From assembly GCA_965246885.1 (NCBI GenBank), contig OZ251992.1, positions 1,408,001 to 1,472,000 on the forward strand: DNA of 64,000 nucleotides. Direction: 5' to 3'. Shown here one piece after another: positions 8,537 to 18,417 of the stretch. Each line of letters opens with the position of its first letter. Position 1 is the stretch's first letter. This stretch comes from Abditibacterium sp. (lineage in GTDB: Bacteria; Armatimonadota; Abditibacteriia; Abditibacteriales; Abditibacteriaceae). Below the pieces are notes generated by a model. It made no database searches. It was not told the origin of the DNA and saw only the letters and a list, made by a program, of their open reading frames with translations. Made by a program: the position numbers and the translations under genes.

Positions 8537-10807
8537 ATGAATCGCTTTTTGTCTGGGACGCGGGCGCCCGTTGGGAGTGGGAACATCGCGCGGTCGCTCC
8601 TTGCGACCGCGCTAATTTGCCTGCTGTCCTGCGCGCTGATGGTGCCGTATATACTGCACTTCCAAACGCGCGACGAAATCGAGCGGCCCGTTTGGAACGG
8701 GCTGCCGCTATGGAGCGCGTTGGAGCGGGAGGAGTTGTCGCTGTTAGATAGGCGCTTCGCGGATAGGGGCGTGCGTAAGCCGAAGTCCCTCGACTCCATC
8801 GCTATTGTCGGCATAGATGAGGCGTCGTTGCAGGCGCTGAATCAGTGGCCTTGGCCCCGCGCGACGCACGCCCATTTGATAGATCGGCTGCACCGGGCCG
8901 GGGCGCGGGTGATTGCCCTCGACATCGGTTTCGACGACTACGCCCATCCCACGCGTGGGGCCAATGGCGAAGTGCATCTCTCTTCCGATGATTTGGCTCT
9001 CGCGGGCGCCATGAAACGCGCCGGAAACGTGGTGCTGGTGTCGCGCTTAGCCCCGGAGAATAAATCGAGCGCCGGGGTACGAAGCGACACGTCCCATTTA
9101 GCCGCGCCGGTAGATGAATTGGACGCCCTCACGTCCGACCTTGCCGTCGCCTACGTCAAGCGCGATTCGGTGGACGACTGCGTGCGCCGCTACCCGCTCC
9201 GCATCGCCAAGCCGCCCGAAGAGAAGCCCATCGGCGGCTTCGCGCCACTTTGCGTGGCGCTTTACCAAGGCTTGGCGCGCCGCGACGACCTGCGCCGCTA
9301 CGACGCCGCGTTGCAAGCGGGCATATGGCCGAACGCGAGCGGCGGGGTAGAGCATAGATTGCCGTTGGAGCGCGGCGTCTTTCCCGGTGGGCCGGACGAA
9401 GCCAGCCGCACCAAGGTGTGGACGACGCCGCTTGTGTTTTGGGGGCCGTCCGGCACGTTCCCGACGTATTCGTACTCGGATGTGCTGAGCAATTGGAGCG
9501 ACGCGCGCTTGCGCGGGTGCTTCGCGGGCCGCTTGGTGTTTGTCGGCGCCACGACTAACAGCCTCAACGACACCTTTGCCGTTCCCAACTTCCAAGCGGC
9601 GGCAACGGCGGAGATGCCGGGAGTCGAAATTCACGCGACGATGGCGGCCATGCTGATGGACGGCGCTTTTATGCACACCCAGTCGCTCGCCGCGTCGCTG
9701 TGGACGTTGCTCGGCGTCACCCTCGCCGCGAGCGTGTGGACGATGCTCCTCTGCCGGGGAACCGTGCGCGTGGCGGGGCGTGCCCAAGCGTGGTGGGCGC
9801 GGCGCGCTTTGCCGGGGCGCATCTTCTCGCCCTTGTGGATTGGCGCGTGCGCCCTACTGGGGCCGCTTCCGTTGTGGGCGTTTTGGTGGGGCGCGGAGTG
9901 GGCATTTGCGCACGAGAATTTGTGGGTCATCGCCATTTATCCCCTCGTCGGCGCGGCGCTCGCGTCGGGCGGAACATTGCTGCTCTTGTTTGGCGCCGAA
10001 AGCTCCGAGCGCCGCAAAATCCACACGCAGATGTCCCGCCTCGTGGCCCCCGCCGTCATGGAGGAGATACTCGCGCACCCCGAAGAGGACTATCCCCGCC
10101 CGCGCCGCCTTCATGCCACCGTCCTATTTGCCGACTTGGAAGGGTTCACGACCTACTCCGAGTCGCGCGAACCCGAAGAAGTCGTGACCGCGCTCAACGC
10201 TTACTTCCGGCGGATGCAACCCATCGTCCACGCGCATAGCGGCTCGGTTGACAAGTACATCGGCGACTCGCTCATGGCCTTTTTTGGCGCTCCCGTGCCG
10301 CGCGCCGACCACGCGGCACTCGCGCTACGTTGCGCCATCGCCCTCCAAGACGAGTGCGCGCGCTTCCGCAAGGAAACCGGGGTGCCGTTCTGGATGCGCG
10401 TGGGCGTTCACACCGGCGACTTGATTGTCGGCGGCGTTGGCTCGGACGAGCAGAACAACTACACCGCCATCGGCGACGCCGTCAACCTCGCTTCGCGCTT
10501 GGAGGAAAGCAACAAGTCCTTCGGCTCGCGCATTATCTGCTCCTCTGACACCCATTCCGAAGCGCCCGGTGTTGCGCGCGTCGAACTTAGCCATACCCCC
10601 ATCCGGGGCAAAACCGGCACGGTCGAGATTCTCATCGTGCGCGGCCCGCACGACGAGCCGCCGCGCGATGCGGAGTGGGGGCACGGCGACGCGGCCATAG
10701 ATTGGAACGTTCACTGGGAAGGCGACCGGCGCGGTGAAGCAGACCGCCGTCTCTCCGAACGACGCCGCGCCGCCGACCGGCGCGGCGGCAGACGCGCAGG
10801 CGACTGA
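8537..10807 (+). CDS. CHASE2 domain class III adenylate cyclase
   Basis: CHASE2 motifs IAIVGIDE, WPWPR..HA, GARVIALDI, PGVEIHA; three TMs; cyclase VLFADLEGFT, DKYIGD, GVHTG, YTAIGDAVNLASRLE (Lys/Thr residues typical of ATP specificity). Confidence 0.92.
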   Translation: MNRFLSGTRAPVGSGNIARSLLATALICLLSCALMVPYILHFQTRDEIERPVWNGLPLWSALEREELSLLDRRFADRGVRKPKSLDSIAIVGIDEASLQALNQWPWPRATHAHLIDRLHRAGARVIALDIGFDDYAHPTRGANGEVHLSSDDLALAGAMKRAGNVVLVSRLAPENKSSAGVRSDTSHLAAPVDELDALTSDLAVAYVKRDSVDDCVRRYPLRIAKPPEEKPIGGFAPLCVALYQGLARRDDLRRYDAALQAGIWPNASGGVEHRLPLERGVFPGGPDEASRTKVWTTPLVFWGPSGTFPTYSYSDVLSNWSDARLRGCFAGRLVFVGATTNSLNDTFAVPNFQAAATAEMPGVEIHATMAAMLMDGAFMHTQSLAASLWTLLGVTLAASVWTMLLCRGTVRVAGRAQAWWARRALPGRIFSPLWIGACALLGPLPLWAFWWGAEWAFAHENLWVIAIYPLVGAALASGGTLLLLFGAESSERRKIHTQMSRLVAPAVMEEILAHPEEDYPRPRRLHATVLFADLEGFTTYSESREPEEVVTALNAYFRRMQPIVHAHSGSVDKYIGDSLMAFFGAPVPRADHAALALRCAIALQDECARFRKETGVPFWMRVGVHTGDLIVGGVGSDEQNNYTAIGDAVNLASRLEESNKSFGSRIICSSDTHSEAPGVARVELSHTPIRGKTGTVEILIVRGPHDEPPRDAEWGHGDAAIDWNVHWEGDRRGEADRRLSERRRAADRRGGRRAGD

Positions 10808-10873
10808 CGCGGCCACTGTCAAGAAGCCAATGGCCAATCAGGTGCCTGCTTGAAGGTTTCGACAACCCGAAAC

Positions 10874-12988
10874 ATGAAGTACTCCACTCGCTTCCCCCGC
10901 TTGGCTGCCCTTGGCTTTTATATTTCCAGCGCCATCGCTCTCCTAAGCGCATCTGCCCACGCTCAATTAGCGCGCGTTTCCGCAACGGAGCGCCTTGCCG
11001 AACGGCGCGTGGGCGCCGCTCCTTGGCAAAAAGCCGCGTCCGGCCAACCGCTTGGCATCGGCGACGGCCTGCGCACCGGCAGGCGCTCCAAAGCCGACCT
11101 GAAGTTCGCCGACGGCTCCCTTTTGCGCCTCGGCCAACTCTCGACCGTTGAAATCAAAAGCGCCAAAGGCGCCACCCTCACCGGCGGGCGGCTGTTATTC
11201 TCGATGCTCAAGCCGGGCCGCGTCTTGGCGGGCACGGCGGCGGCGGAAATCAAAGGTAGCGTGGGCATCATTGCCATTGGCGCCGATGGCGTCGCGCAGT
11301 TCACCCTCTACTCCGGCGCGATGGACGTTGTGACCGACAAAGAAACCATCCACGTCCCCCCCGGCAGAACCATGAGCGTTTTCGCCGACGGTTCCCGCTC
11401 CCTCTTGGGAGCGGCCACGCCCTTGCGCTATACCGGCGACGCGAGCGAATCTTCCTTGCTCGACGCGCCCAGCGATGCGCCTTTCATGGGGTCACGCGCC
11501 GACGAGCAGACGCGCTTCACTTCCACCCGTTTGACTGTTGACTCCGCCAACGTCGCGTCCAAACAGCGAAGCGCCGCGCCCTTCTCGCGCCCAGTAGTGC
11601 TTCCCGCACCGCAGCCGACGACGCCCGCACCGCGACCAACGACGCCCGCACCGCGACCAACGACTCCGGCACCTGAGCCGACCACTCCCGCACCTGAGCC
11701 GACCACTCCCGCGCCGCGACCAACTACTCCCGCACCTGAGCCGACCACTCCCGCACCGCAGCCGACGACTCCCGCACCGCGACCAACTACTCCCGCACCG
11801 CTACCGACACCCGCCGCGCCGCTACCGACTCCCGCCGCGCCGCTACCGACACCGGTGGCCCCGTCGCCCACGCCGACCACTGGCGGAAAGGGGGACGACA
11901 ACAATCAAGGCGATAACAACCAAGGGGACAACAACCAAGGCAACGGCAGCAAGAACAACAAACTGTTGGCACATGTGTCCCCGGTTTCAGGCGGGAGCAA
12001 CGGCACGTCGCGCTTTTTTGGCGTCCCCGCCGTTGGCACCCTTCCCCTACCGATACGCGTGGCGGCGTTGGAAAGGCCGTTGCCGCCGCCCCCGGCCATC
12101 CCGCCCGGCACGACGGCAGAAGAGCACATCCTGCAAAGCAACCCCGGCTTGGGCAGCAGTTTCGTGACCGACTTCACCGGGGTCGCTTTGGGAAGCGGCG
12201 GCGGAAGCGGCACAACAGGCGCACGTCTGCGGGCCATTGCCACGCGCGGGCGCGTGTCCGCCGAAGTTGCCGTGTTACCCACCGCGATTCGCTTCGCCGG
12301 AGGCGGCACCCAAAGCCGCTTTACCCTATCCGATGCGTCCGTCACGCTGCGTGAAAAGGGCGGCGACCTCCAAGTCGGGCGCCAACGCTTTCTGAGCGGC
12401 CCGACATTGGCGACGCTCAACGGCTCCTTGGTGCGCCAAGGCGGGCGGCAAGTGATGGACGCCGTTACTCTGCGCCCCCGCATCGGTGGGCGCGGAACGC
12501 TGCAACTGTCCTATCTGGCTAACGTCTACGCCCGCGACCTACCCTTTCGTGTGCGGGGGCGAGAGCGCGGCTATTATGGGCGCGTGGGCGTCCAGCGACG
12601 GTATGGCAACTTCGGCCTGAACGTGTTGGGATTGACGAGCGGCCCGTTGGGAACCGGCACCGGCGCCACCGCCGACTTCGCCCTGCCTTTTCTACGCGAT
12701 AATGTCGAGTTCTACGGCGAGATAGGTCGTGACCCGTTTCGCCGCAGCCTGCGCACCTTCGGTTTGGCGTTCCCCGGTCTGCAAACGCGCACTGGCCTCG
12801 AACTCTACCTTGAAGACAGCGCCCTCGGCAACCGCGCGGGCTTGGTGCGCGAGCCAGATGAACTGGCACTCCTCGCCTACAAACGTTTGGGCGGCGGCGT
12901 CTTCCTGACCGGCGGCTTCAGCCACTTCTCCGACCGGCGCAACGTCGGGACGCTTGGCCTCGCCTTCGGCGCCCGCTCCGGGGGTTAA
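10874..12988 (+). CDS. Exported FecR-domain protein with Pro/Thr repeat linker and a possible C-terminal outer-membrane beta-barrel
   Basis: Signal peptide ending ASAHA; FecR-like GDGLRTG..SKADLKFADGSLLRLG..S...AAAEIKGS; PTTPAP repeats; C-terminal alternating amphipathic strands. Confidence 0.72.
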   Translation: MKYSTRFPRLAALGFYISSAIALLSASAHAQLARVSATERLAERRVGAAPWQKAASGQPLGIGDGLRTGRRSKADLKFADGSLLRLGQLSTVEIKSAKGATLTGGRLLFSMLKPGRVLAGTAAAEIKGSVGIIAIGADGVAQFTLYSGAMDVVTDKETIHVPPGRTMSVFADGSRSLLGAATPLRYTGDASESSLLDAPSDAPFMGSRADEQTRFTSTRLTVDSANVASKQRSAAPFSRPVVLPAPQPTTPAPRPTTPAPRPTTPAPEPTTPAPEPTTPAPRPTTPAPEPTTPAPQPTTPAPRPTTPAPLPTPAAPLPTPAAPLPTPVAPSPTPTTGGKGDDNNQGDNNQGDNNQGNGSKNNKLLAHVSPVSGGSNGTSRFFGVPAVGTLPLPIRVAALERPLPPPPAIPPGTTAEEHILQSNPGLGSSFVTDFTGVALGSGGGSGTTGARLRAIATRGRVSAEVAVLPTAIRFAGGGTQSRFTLSDASVTLREKGGDLQVGRQRFLSGPTLATLNGSLVRQGGRQVMDAVTLRPRIGGRGTLQLSYLANVYARDLPFRVRGRERGYYGRVGVQRRYGNFGLNVLGLTSGPLGTGTGATADFALPFLRDNVEFYGEIGRDPFRRSLRTFGLAFPGLQTRTGLELYLEDSALGNRAGLVREPDELALLAYKRLGGGVFLTGGFSHFSDRRNVGTLGLAFGARSGG
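11603..11946 (+). repeat. Coding repeats: about 9 x 21-bp PAP(Q/R/E)PTT units plus PAAPLPT variants, then 3 x GDNNQ
   Basis: Read directly in DNA and protein. Confidence 0.92.
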
Positions 12989-12991
12989 GTT

Positions 12992-13942
12992 TTACATCGG
13001 CAAGGCTTCAAATGGCTTGCGGGCGATGGTCGCGCGGAAGGCTTGGATGACTTGCGCGGTTTCGTCCCACGTTTGCGTTTCGCGGATGGTAGGCGGATAG
13101 AGCAGGCGGCGCGCGACATCTTCGGCGCGGAATGTCCACAGCATCGCCATGAGCGGGTTGATGAACAAGCGCGAGCCAGACGTGCGCGCCGTCGAGTGGT
13201 AATCGCCGAAGTGTCCTTGGATGGCGTCGAGAATCGAGGCGTTGACGATGCTCGGACTGCGCTCCATTTTCCTGAAAACGTGCCGGGATGCGGCGCGGTA
13301 GAACTCGACTTCGGGCATATCGGGCAGCATCGAAGAGGTGCCCAAAAAGGCGCCGCGCCGCGACAACTCGGCGACGGCTTCCAAAAACTGCGCGTGGCAC
13401 ACGCCATGAAAAGCGTCCACGCCAAAGCCCACGCATACGAGCAACTTGGTCGGGATGTCCAACTCTTGCGCCGCATACAGACTGGCGCAATCTTCGATCG
13501 GCGTGCCCAACCCCGTCTCGTCGCCGCGCATGAGCGAGTCCGTCCCGCCGTCTACTAATACGAGCGCGTCGGGTTGCAAACGGTCGCACAGCGCGTGGTA
13601 GTTCGCCCGCAACGGCGCCACCCCCTCGTTCGGGAAGCAGTGAATCGAAGTTTCGATGCCTTGCCCGCGCAGCCAGCGCACCAAATGCAGTTCAGGGAAA
13701 TACCGCTCGTCGCCAATGGTTTCCGGCGTGACTTCCAAATAATGCGGCGCGTGCCACTTCTCGTTCGCGCTCGACAAGTTGGAAAACGACAAATTCGCCA
13801 GATGAACTGTCTTGCCCTGAGCGCGCAAGGCATGGAAAAGCGGCAAGCCGCAGAAGATGTCGTAACCGCCGCCCGCGCCCGCGAGGAGGACCGTGCGGGC
13901 GGGTTGGAGTTCATCGAAAAGGGGGAGTGAGGAGAGGAGCAT
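12992..13942 (-). CDS. DUF1152 family protein
   Basis: LLAGAGGGYDIFCGLPL, LVDGGTDSLMRGDE.GLGTP.ED, GFGVDAFHGVCH, LFINPLM motifs. Confidence 0.82.
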   Translation of the reverse strand: MLLSSLPLFDELQPARTVLLAGAGGGYDIFCGLPLFHALRAQGKTVHLANLSFSNLSSANEKWHAPHYLEVTPETIGDERYFPELHLVRWLRGQGIETSIHCFPNEGVAPLRANYHALCDRLQPDALVLVDGGTDSLMRGDETGLGTPIEDCASLYAAQELDIPTKLLVCVGFGVDAFHGVCHAQFLEAVAELSRRGAFLGTSSMLPDMPEVEFYRAASRHVFRKMERSPSIVNASILDAIQGHFGDYHSTARTSGSRLFINPLMAMLWTFRAEDVARRLLYPPTIRETQTWDETAQVIQAFRATIARKPFEALPM

Positions 13943-13945
13943 AAT

Positions 13946-15505
13946 CTACGCAGTTGCGGCCTCAGGTGTGGTTGCCGCGACGGGGGCGGGGGGTTCGGTT
14001 GCTCCCATTGGAGCCAGTTCGACGGAGGTTGGGGCAGCGCTGTTGCCATTTTGCAGAGCAGGCGCGGGGGCGGCGAGTTGGCCATAGCCGAAGTAGCTGC
14101 GTTCTTTGATCATGTGAGCGACGCCTTCGGGCACCATCGTTTCCCATGTGGCGTCGTTTTCGGCGATGCGGCGCAAGACGTCGCGCGAGAAGATGCCCAG
14201 ATAGTCGCGGTCGTAGAAGTCAATGGGCTGGATGGAGCCTTGCTCCAACAGGTGCGCGTAGAGGTTTTGCAAATGCGGCGCGACGCGCAGGCGCTGGGTG
14301 GTGACGAGGTGGTATTTGTCTTCGAGCAGGGGGTAGACGTAGAGGCGCAGGTCGTTTTTGAACAAGCGCCCGAAGGATTCGAGGATGCCGCCTTCCAAGT
14401 GCTCGTAGTATTTTTCGTCGAACAAGTCTCGTAGCGACGGGATGCCGAGGGCGAGGGCGATGTGCTTCTTGGTGTAACGCCCCAGATACTGGGCGAGGCG
14501 GTAGTATTCGATGTAGTCGCTAATCAGCACGGTGGCGCCGGTCGAAGCGACGAGTTCGCAGCGCGCGAGGAAGTCGTCCCAGTCCACGTCCTCTTCCATC
14601 ATCTCGCCGTTGGGCTTAGTCGCCAACTGCTTGAGCGTGATTTCAAACAAGACGATGGGGTTCGCGTCTTCTTCGCCCCAGTCGGCGACGAACTGGGCGC
14701 GCGCGCACTCCATCAAGTCCATGTTGACGTGCGTGACGGGGCGGAAACTGCCGCGCTCGACGACGACGGGGCGCTTATAGAGCACTTCGGAAGGCTGGAG
14801 AACCTCGCCGTCGGGCCGGAACATGGCGGCGTCGGTGAGGCCCAATTTGACGAGCTTGACGGCGGTGAGGCGGTGGTCGTGGTGTTGGAAGTCGGGGCCA
14901 GCGAAGTGGATCATGTCCATCTCGATGCGGTCGGTCGAAAGGTTATCGAGTAGCGATTTGAGAAAGGTGTCCACGCTTTGCCAATGGAAAAAGCAGGCGT
15001 AGCATAGGTTGATGCCGAAGATGCCCAAGGCTTCTTGCTGCGCGACGCGGTCGGTGTCGAGCATACGGACATGGACGAGGATGGTGTTCGGCTCGGCGTG
15101 CGGCTCGGTTTGAAACATGAGGCCCATCCAGCCGTGACACTCGTTGGTGCCCTTGAAGTTGCGGGTCGTGACCGTATCGGCGAACGCGAAGAACTCGGTC
15201 GCGTCGCCGCGCTTGGCGGCCAAGCGTTCGGTCAGCAGTTCGTATTCGTAGGAAAGCATCTTTTCCAAGCGGTCGCGCGACACGTAGCGATTGCACTCAC
15301 CGTAGATGGCGTCGGAGATCGTCATATCGTAGGCCGAAATGGACTTGGCGATGGTGTTGGCGGCGGCGCCGACGCGGAAAAACCAGCGCACGACTTCTTG
15401 GCCCGCGCCGATTTCGGCAAAGGTGCCGTACTTCTGGTTGGAAAGATTGATGTCGAGGGCTTTTTGGCCCGAAGCGAGCGAATCGCGCGCGATGGTGAAA
15501 TCCAT
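13946..15505 (-). CDS. Conserved protein with a nucleotidyltransferase-like (nicotinate-nucleotide adenylyltransferase-like) C-terminal domain
   Basis: KALDINL...YGTFAEIGAGQEVVRWFFRVGAAANTIAKSISAYDM; RGSFRPVTHVN resembles the HIGH-type GSFxPxTxxH motif; no signal peptide. Confidence 0.65.
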   Translation of the reverse strand: MDFTIARDSLASGQKALDINLSNQKYGTFAEIGAGQEVVRWFFRVGAAANTIAKSISAYDMTISDAIYGECNRYVSRDRLEKMLSYEYELLTERLAAKRGDATEFFAFADTVTTRNFKGTNECHGWMGLMFQTEPHAEPNTILVHVRMLDTDRVAQQEALGIFGINLCYACFFHWQSVDTFLKSLLDNLSTDRIEMDMIHFAGPDFQHHDHRLTAVKLVKLGLTDAAMFRPDGEVLQPSEVLYKRPVVVERGSFRPVTHVNMDLMECARAQFVADWGEEDANPIVLFEITLKQLATKPNGEMMEEDVDWDDFLARCELVASTGATVLISDYIEYYRLAQYLGRYTKKHIALALGIPSLRDLFDEKYYEHLEGGILESFGRLFKNDLRLYVYPLLEDKYHLVTTQRLRVAPHLQNLYAHLLEQGSIQPIDFYDRDYLGIFSRDVLRRIAENDATWETMVPEGVAHMIKERSYFGYGQLAAPAPALQNGNSAAPTSVELAPMGATEPPAPVAATTPEAATA

Positions 15506-15547
15506 ACCTCAAGGTGTAGCACGCCAAGGTTACGGGATAATTAACAG

Positions 15548-16348
15548 ATGGAATTTTTGGGGCTGCGCTGTTGGGAGGGTGCCTTGCGCCACATGAAGGG
15601 CGCGCACGTTCACGCGGAAATCGAACTCAATCTGCTGCTTCAAGGCGAGACGGTGTATCTGTTCGGCGGGCGTTTGGTGCGAGTGCGCGCCGGTGAGTTG
15701 GCGCTGTTTTGGGCGGCGCTTCCGCACCAGATCATTGAGATCGCGCCCGAAACTCGCTTATTCTGGGCGACTTTGCCGCTCCCGGTCTTGCTCGGCTTTG
15801 GCATCGCCCCGCTTTCCAAGGCGCTGCTGCGCGGCGATTGGCTCCAAAGCGAAGCGCAACTTAACCTCGACGCCGCCCGCTTTGCCGCGTGGCAGGACGA
15901 CTTGGCGCGCGGCGACGAAGCCATTGCCCTCTTGGAAATCGAGGCGCGCTTGCGCCGCTTTGCGCGCGGCATTTCCGACGCGTCAACCGAGCCAACGGGT
16001 ATTCGCGCTTTCGTCACGCGCGCCGAATTGGGTCACATCGAAGCGATGGCGGCCTTTATCGCCGAAAATTACGCGCGCGACATCGCCTTGCCCGACATCG
16101 CGGGCGCCGTCAATTTGAACACTAATTACGCTTCCACCCTCTTCAAGCGCGAGTTTGGCGCGACGCTGGGCGATTATTTGCTCCGTACCCGCTTAGCGCA
16201 CGCGCAGAGGTTGCTCGTAAGCGGCGACCGCAAAATCGGTGAGGTGGGGCTTCTGTCCGGCTTCGGCTCGCCCGCGCGCTTTCACGCGGCCTTCAAAGAG
16301 AAAATCGGCGTTTCGCCGCGCGCTTACCGCGTGGCCAACCAAATTTAA
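15548..16348 (+). CDS. AraC family transcriptional regulator (MelR-like)
   Basis: Cupin H.H.EIELN...LFWAALPHQ; C-terminal dual HTH IAGAVNLNTNYASTLFK...SGFGSPARFHAAFKEKIGVSPRAYR. Confidence 0.92.
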   Translation: MEFLGLRCWEGALRHMKGAHVHAEIELNLLLQGETVYLFGGRLVRVRAGELALFWAALPHQIIEIAPETRLFWATLPLPVLLGFGIAPLSKALLRGDWLQSEAQLNLDAARFAAWQDDLARGDEAIALLEIEARLRRFARGISDASTEPTGIRAFVTRAELGHIEAMAAFIAENYARDIALPDIAGAVNLNTNYASTLFKREFGATLGDYLLRTRLAHAQRLLVSGDRKIGEVGLLSGFGSPARFHAAFKEKIGVSPRAYRVANQI

Positions 16349-16429
16349 CCCGCCCTTGAGCCGCCGGACGGATGCGCCCCTTTAAACTTTGCTAAACGGA
16401 AGGGCGCGCCGATAACGCGCCCGATATTT

Positions 16430-17353
16430 ATGTCTTCTCTTTCGTGCGATGTCGTTGTTGTGGGTTCGGCCAATATGGATATGACGGTGCGTTGCAAGCA
16501 CCTCCCGATTCCCGGCCAAACCATTTTGGGGGACGGCTTCGTCACCAACCCCGGCGGCAAGGGCGCCAACCAAGCCGTCGCTGCCGCCAAGTGCGGCGCT
16601 TCGACCGAACTTATCGCCCGCGTGGGCAACGGCATGTTCGTGCCGCGCTTTATGGAATCCTACGAACGGGTCGGCTTAGGGCATCAGCACGTCATCCGTG
16701 ATACGCAAACGCCGTCAGGAACGGCGCTTATCTTCGTGGACGATGACGGCGAGAACATGATCGTCGTCGCGCCCGGCGCCAACCAGAAGCTCTCCATCGC
16801 CGACGTGGACGCCGCACGCGAGTTAATTCAAAACGCGCAAGTGCTGATTTTGCAGTTGGAAGTGCCCCTTGAAACCGTCGTTCATGCCGCCGAACTCGCC
16901 AAAGAGTGCGGCTTGAAAGTCATTCTCAACCCCGCTCCGGTGCGCACCCTGCCACCCGCGCTGCTCGAAAACGTGGACATCATCGTCGCCAACGAAGTCG
17001 AAATCGCCATTCTCACGGGCGCAAAAGAAGTGGACACTTCCACCGCCGCGACCGCCTGTAAGCCGCTCCTCGACGCGGGCGTGGGCCATGTCATCACCAC
17101 GCTCGGCAAGGACGGCGCCATTATCACGGGGGGCGACGGTGCGACCAAAGTGCGCGGCTTCCGGGTCAACGCCATTGACACCACGAGTGCCGGAGACACT
17201 TTCGTCGGTGCCCTCGCCTGTGCCCTGACCGAAGGCAAAGCCCTCGAAGACGCGACCCTCTTCGCCAACGCCGCCGCCGCCCTCACCTGCACCAAACGCG
17301 GCGCCCAACAAGCCATGCCCACGCGGGAAGAAGTGGACGAGATGTTGTCGTAA
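16430..17353 (+). CDS. rbsK: Ribokinase (PfkB family)
   Basis: VVGSANMD, PGGKGANQAVA, LQLEVP, LNPAP, DTTSAGDTFVGAL. Confidence 0.92.
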   Translation: MSSLSCDVVVVGSANMDMTVRCKHLPIPGQTILGDGFVTNPGGKGANQAVAAAKCGASTELIARVGNGMFVPRFMESYERVGLGHQHVIRDTQTPSGTALIFVDDDGENMIVVAPGANQKLSIADVDAARELIQNAQVLILQLEVPLETVVHAAELAKECGLKVILNPAPVRTLPPALLENVDIIVANEVEIAILTGAKEVDTSTAATACKPLLDAGVGHVITTLGKDGAIITGGDGATKVRGFRVNAIDTTSAGDTFVGALACALTEGKALEDATLFANAAAALTCTKRGAQQAMPTREEVDEMLS

Positions 17354-17370
17354 AGCGCTCAAATCACCCA

Positions 17371-17494
17371 TGCCCAGCGACTGAAGTCGCGGGCAACTCA
17401 CGGCAAAGCCTCCCTTCGGAGGCCATAGGCTTGCGCCTGAAGTCGGCGCAGGCCGACTTCGCTATGGGTTGCCCGCGACTTCAGTCGCTGGGCA
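17371..17494. repeat. REP-like palindrome, family A variant (GCGACTGAAGTCGC-capped) with internal hairpins
   Basis: 27-bp arms TGCCCAGCGACTGAAGTCGCGGGCAAC / GTTGCCCGCGACTTCAGTCGCTGGGCA; inner GAAGTCGGC-GCAG-GCCGACTTC and GCCTCC...GGAGGC hairpins. Confidence 0.88.
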
Positions 17495-17514
17495 AAAAGG
17501 TCAAACTCCACCCA

Positions 17515-18402
17515 ATGAAAGTCATCCCCATCGAAGCCCGCCCCGGTGACGCCGAGTACGCGCGCGAACTGTGCGAAAGCCTCGAACGCGACAACATCCT
17601 GCTCCTTTCGCCCACGCCCTACTTTCCCTCCGCCGAGGATGGCGAGTTCTTGCGCGGGCAAAAGCAGGTCAAGGGCAGCCAGCACAAAAACATCGCCTAC
17701 AAGCCGCACCTCGACAAAACGAGCGGCCTCGAAGAGCGCAGCCCCGAAGATTCGGCGCGCTTGCATCGCATCATGGCGGCGTATTCCAAGGGCGCTCTCG
17801 CCACTTTGGGCGCGCTGTTTCCCGCCTACGCCGCGAAGTGGAAGGTGGACTACGCGAGTTTTCGCCCCGTTGAAGAGCAGGGCCGCGACCTCCCGCTCAA
17901 CGCGCGCAACGACCTGATGCACGTGGACGCCTTTCCGTCGCGCCCCACGCACGGCGGACGCATCTTGCGCGCTTTTACTAACCTCCACCCCGAAAAGCCG
18001 CGCGTGTGGGGCACCGCCGACCACTTCTCCATTCTGGCTGAGCGTTACGCCAAAGACGCCGGACTCGACAAAGCGGGAACATCGGGCGGCGGTTTGCGCG
18101 GCGCCGTTCGCAAACTCATCGGCCAGCCCGACCGCTCGGCTTACGATGAGTTCATGCTCGGCTTTCACCACTTTCTCAAAGCCAACGACGACTTCCAGCA
18201 GAACGGCGTGCGCGACGAATCGCCCTTTCCGCCCGGCTCGACGTGGATTTGCTTTACCGACGGCATCGCCCACCGCGCCTCATCGGGCCAATACGCCCTC
18301 GAACAAACCTGCATCGTGCCCTTCGACGCCCTCCTCCTACCAGAAGCCGCGCCCATCTCGATTCTGGAAACCCTTGCCGGACGGCAACTGTCCGCGCGGT
18401 GA
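17515..18402 (+). CDS. kdoO: Kdo hydroxylase family dioxygenase
   Basis: KNIAY, ASFRPVEE.GR, LMHVDAFPSRPTHGGRILRAFTN, RSAYDEFM...H..LK, FPPGSTWICFTD...H..SSGQYALEQT. Start set at ATG 17515, after the palindrome. Confidence 0.85.
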   Translation: MKVIPIEARPGDAEYARELCESLERDNILLLSPTPYFPSAEDGEFLRGQKQVKGSQHKNIAYKPHLDKTSGLEERSPEDSARLHRIMAAYSKGALATLGALFPAYAAKWKVDYASFRPVEEQGRDLPLNARNDLMHVDAFPSRPTHGGRILRAFTNLHPEKPRVWGTADHFSILAERYAKDAGLDKAGTSGGGLRGAVRKLIGQPDRSAYDEFMLGFHHFLKANDDFQQNGVRDESPFPPGSTWICFTDGIAHRASSGQYALEQTCIVPFDALLLPEAAPISILETLAGRQLSAR

Positions 18403-18417
18403 AGCCACACTGAGAGC

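Noticed and set aside
13946..15505. Calling this protein a TonB-dependent receptor, a label I recall for similar sequences
   Set aside because: It has no signal peptide and no beta-barrel pattern; the sequence looks cytoplasmic alpha/beta.
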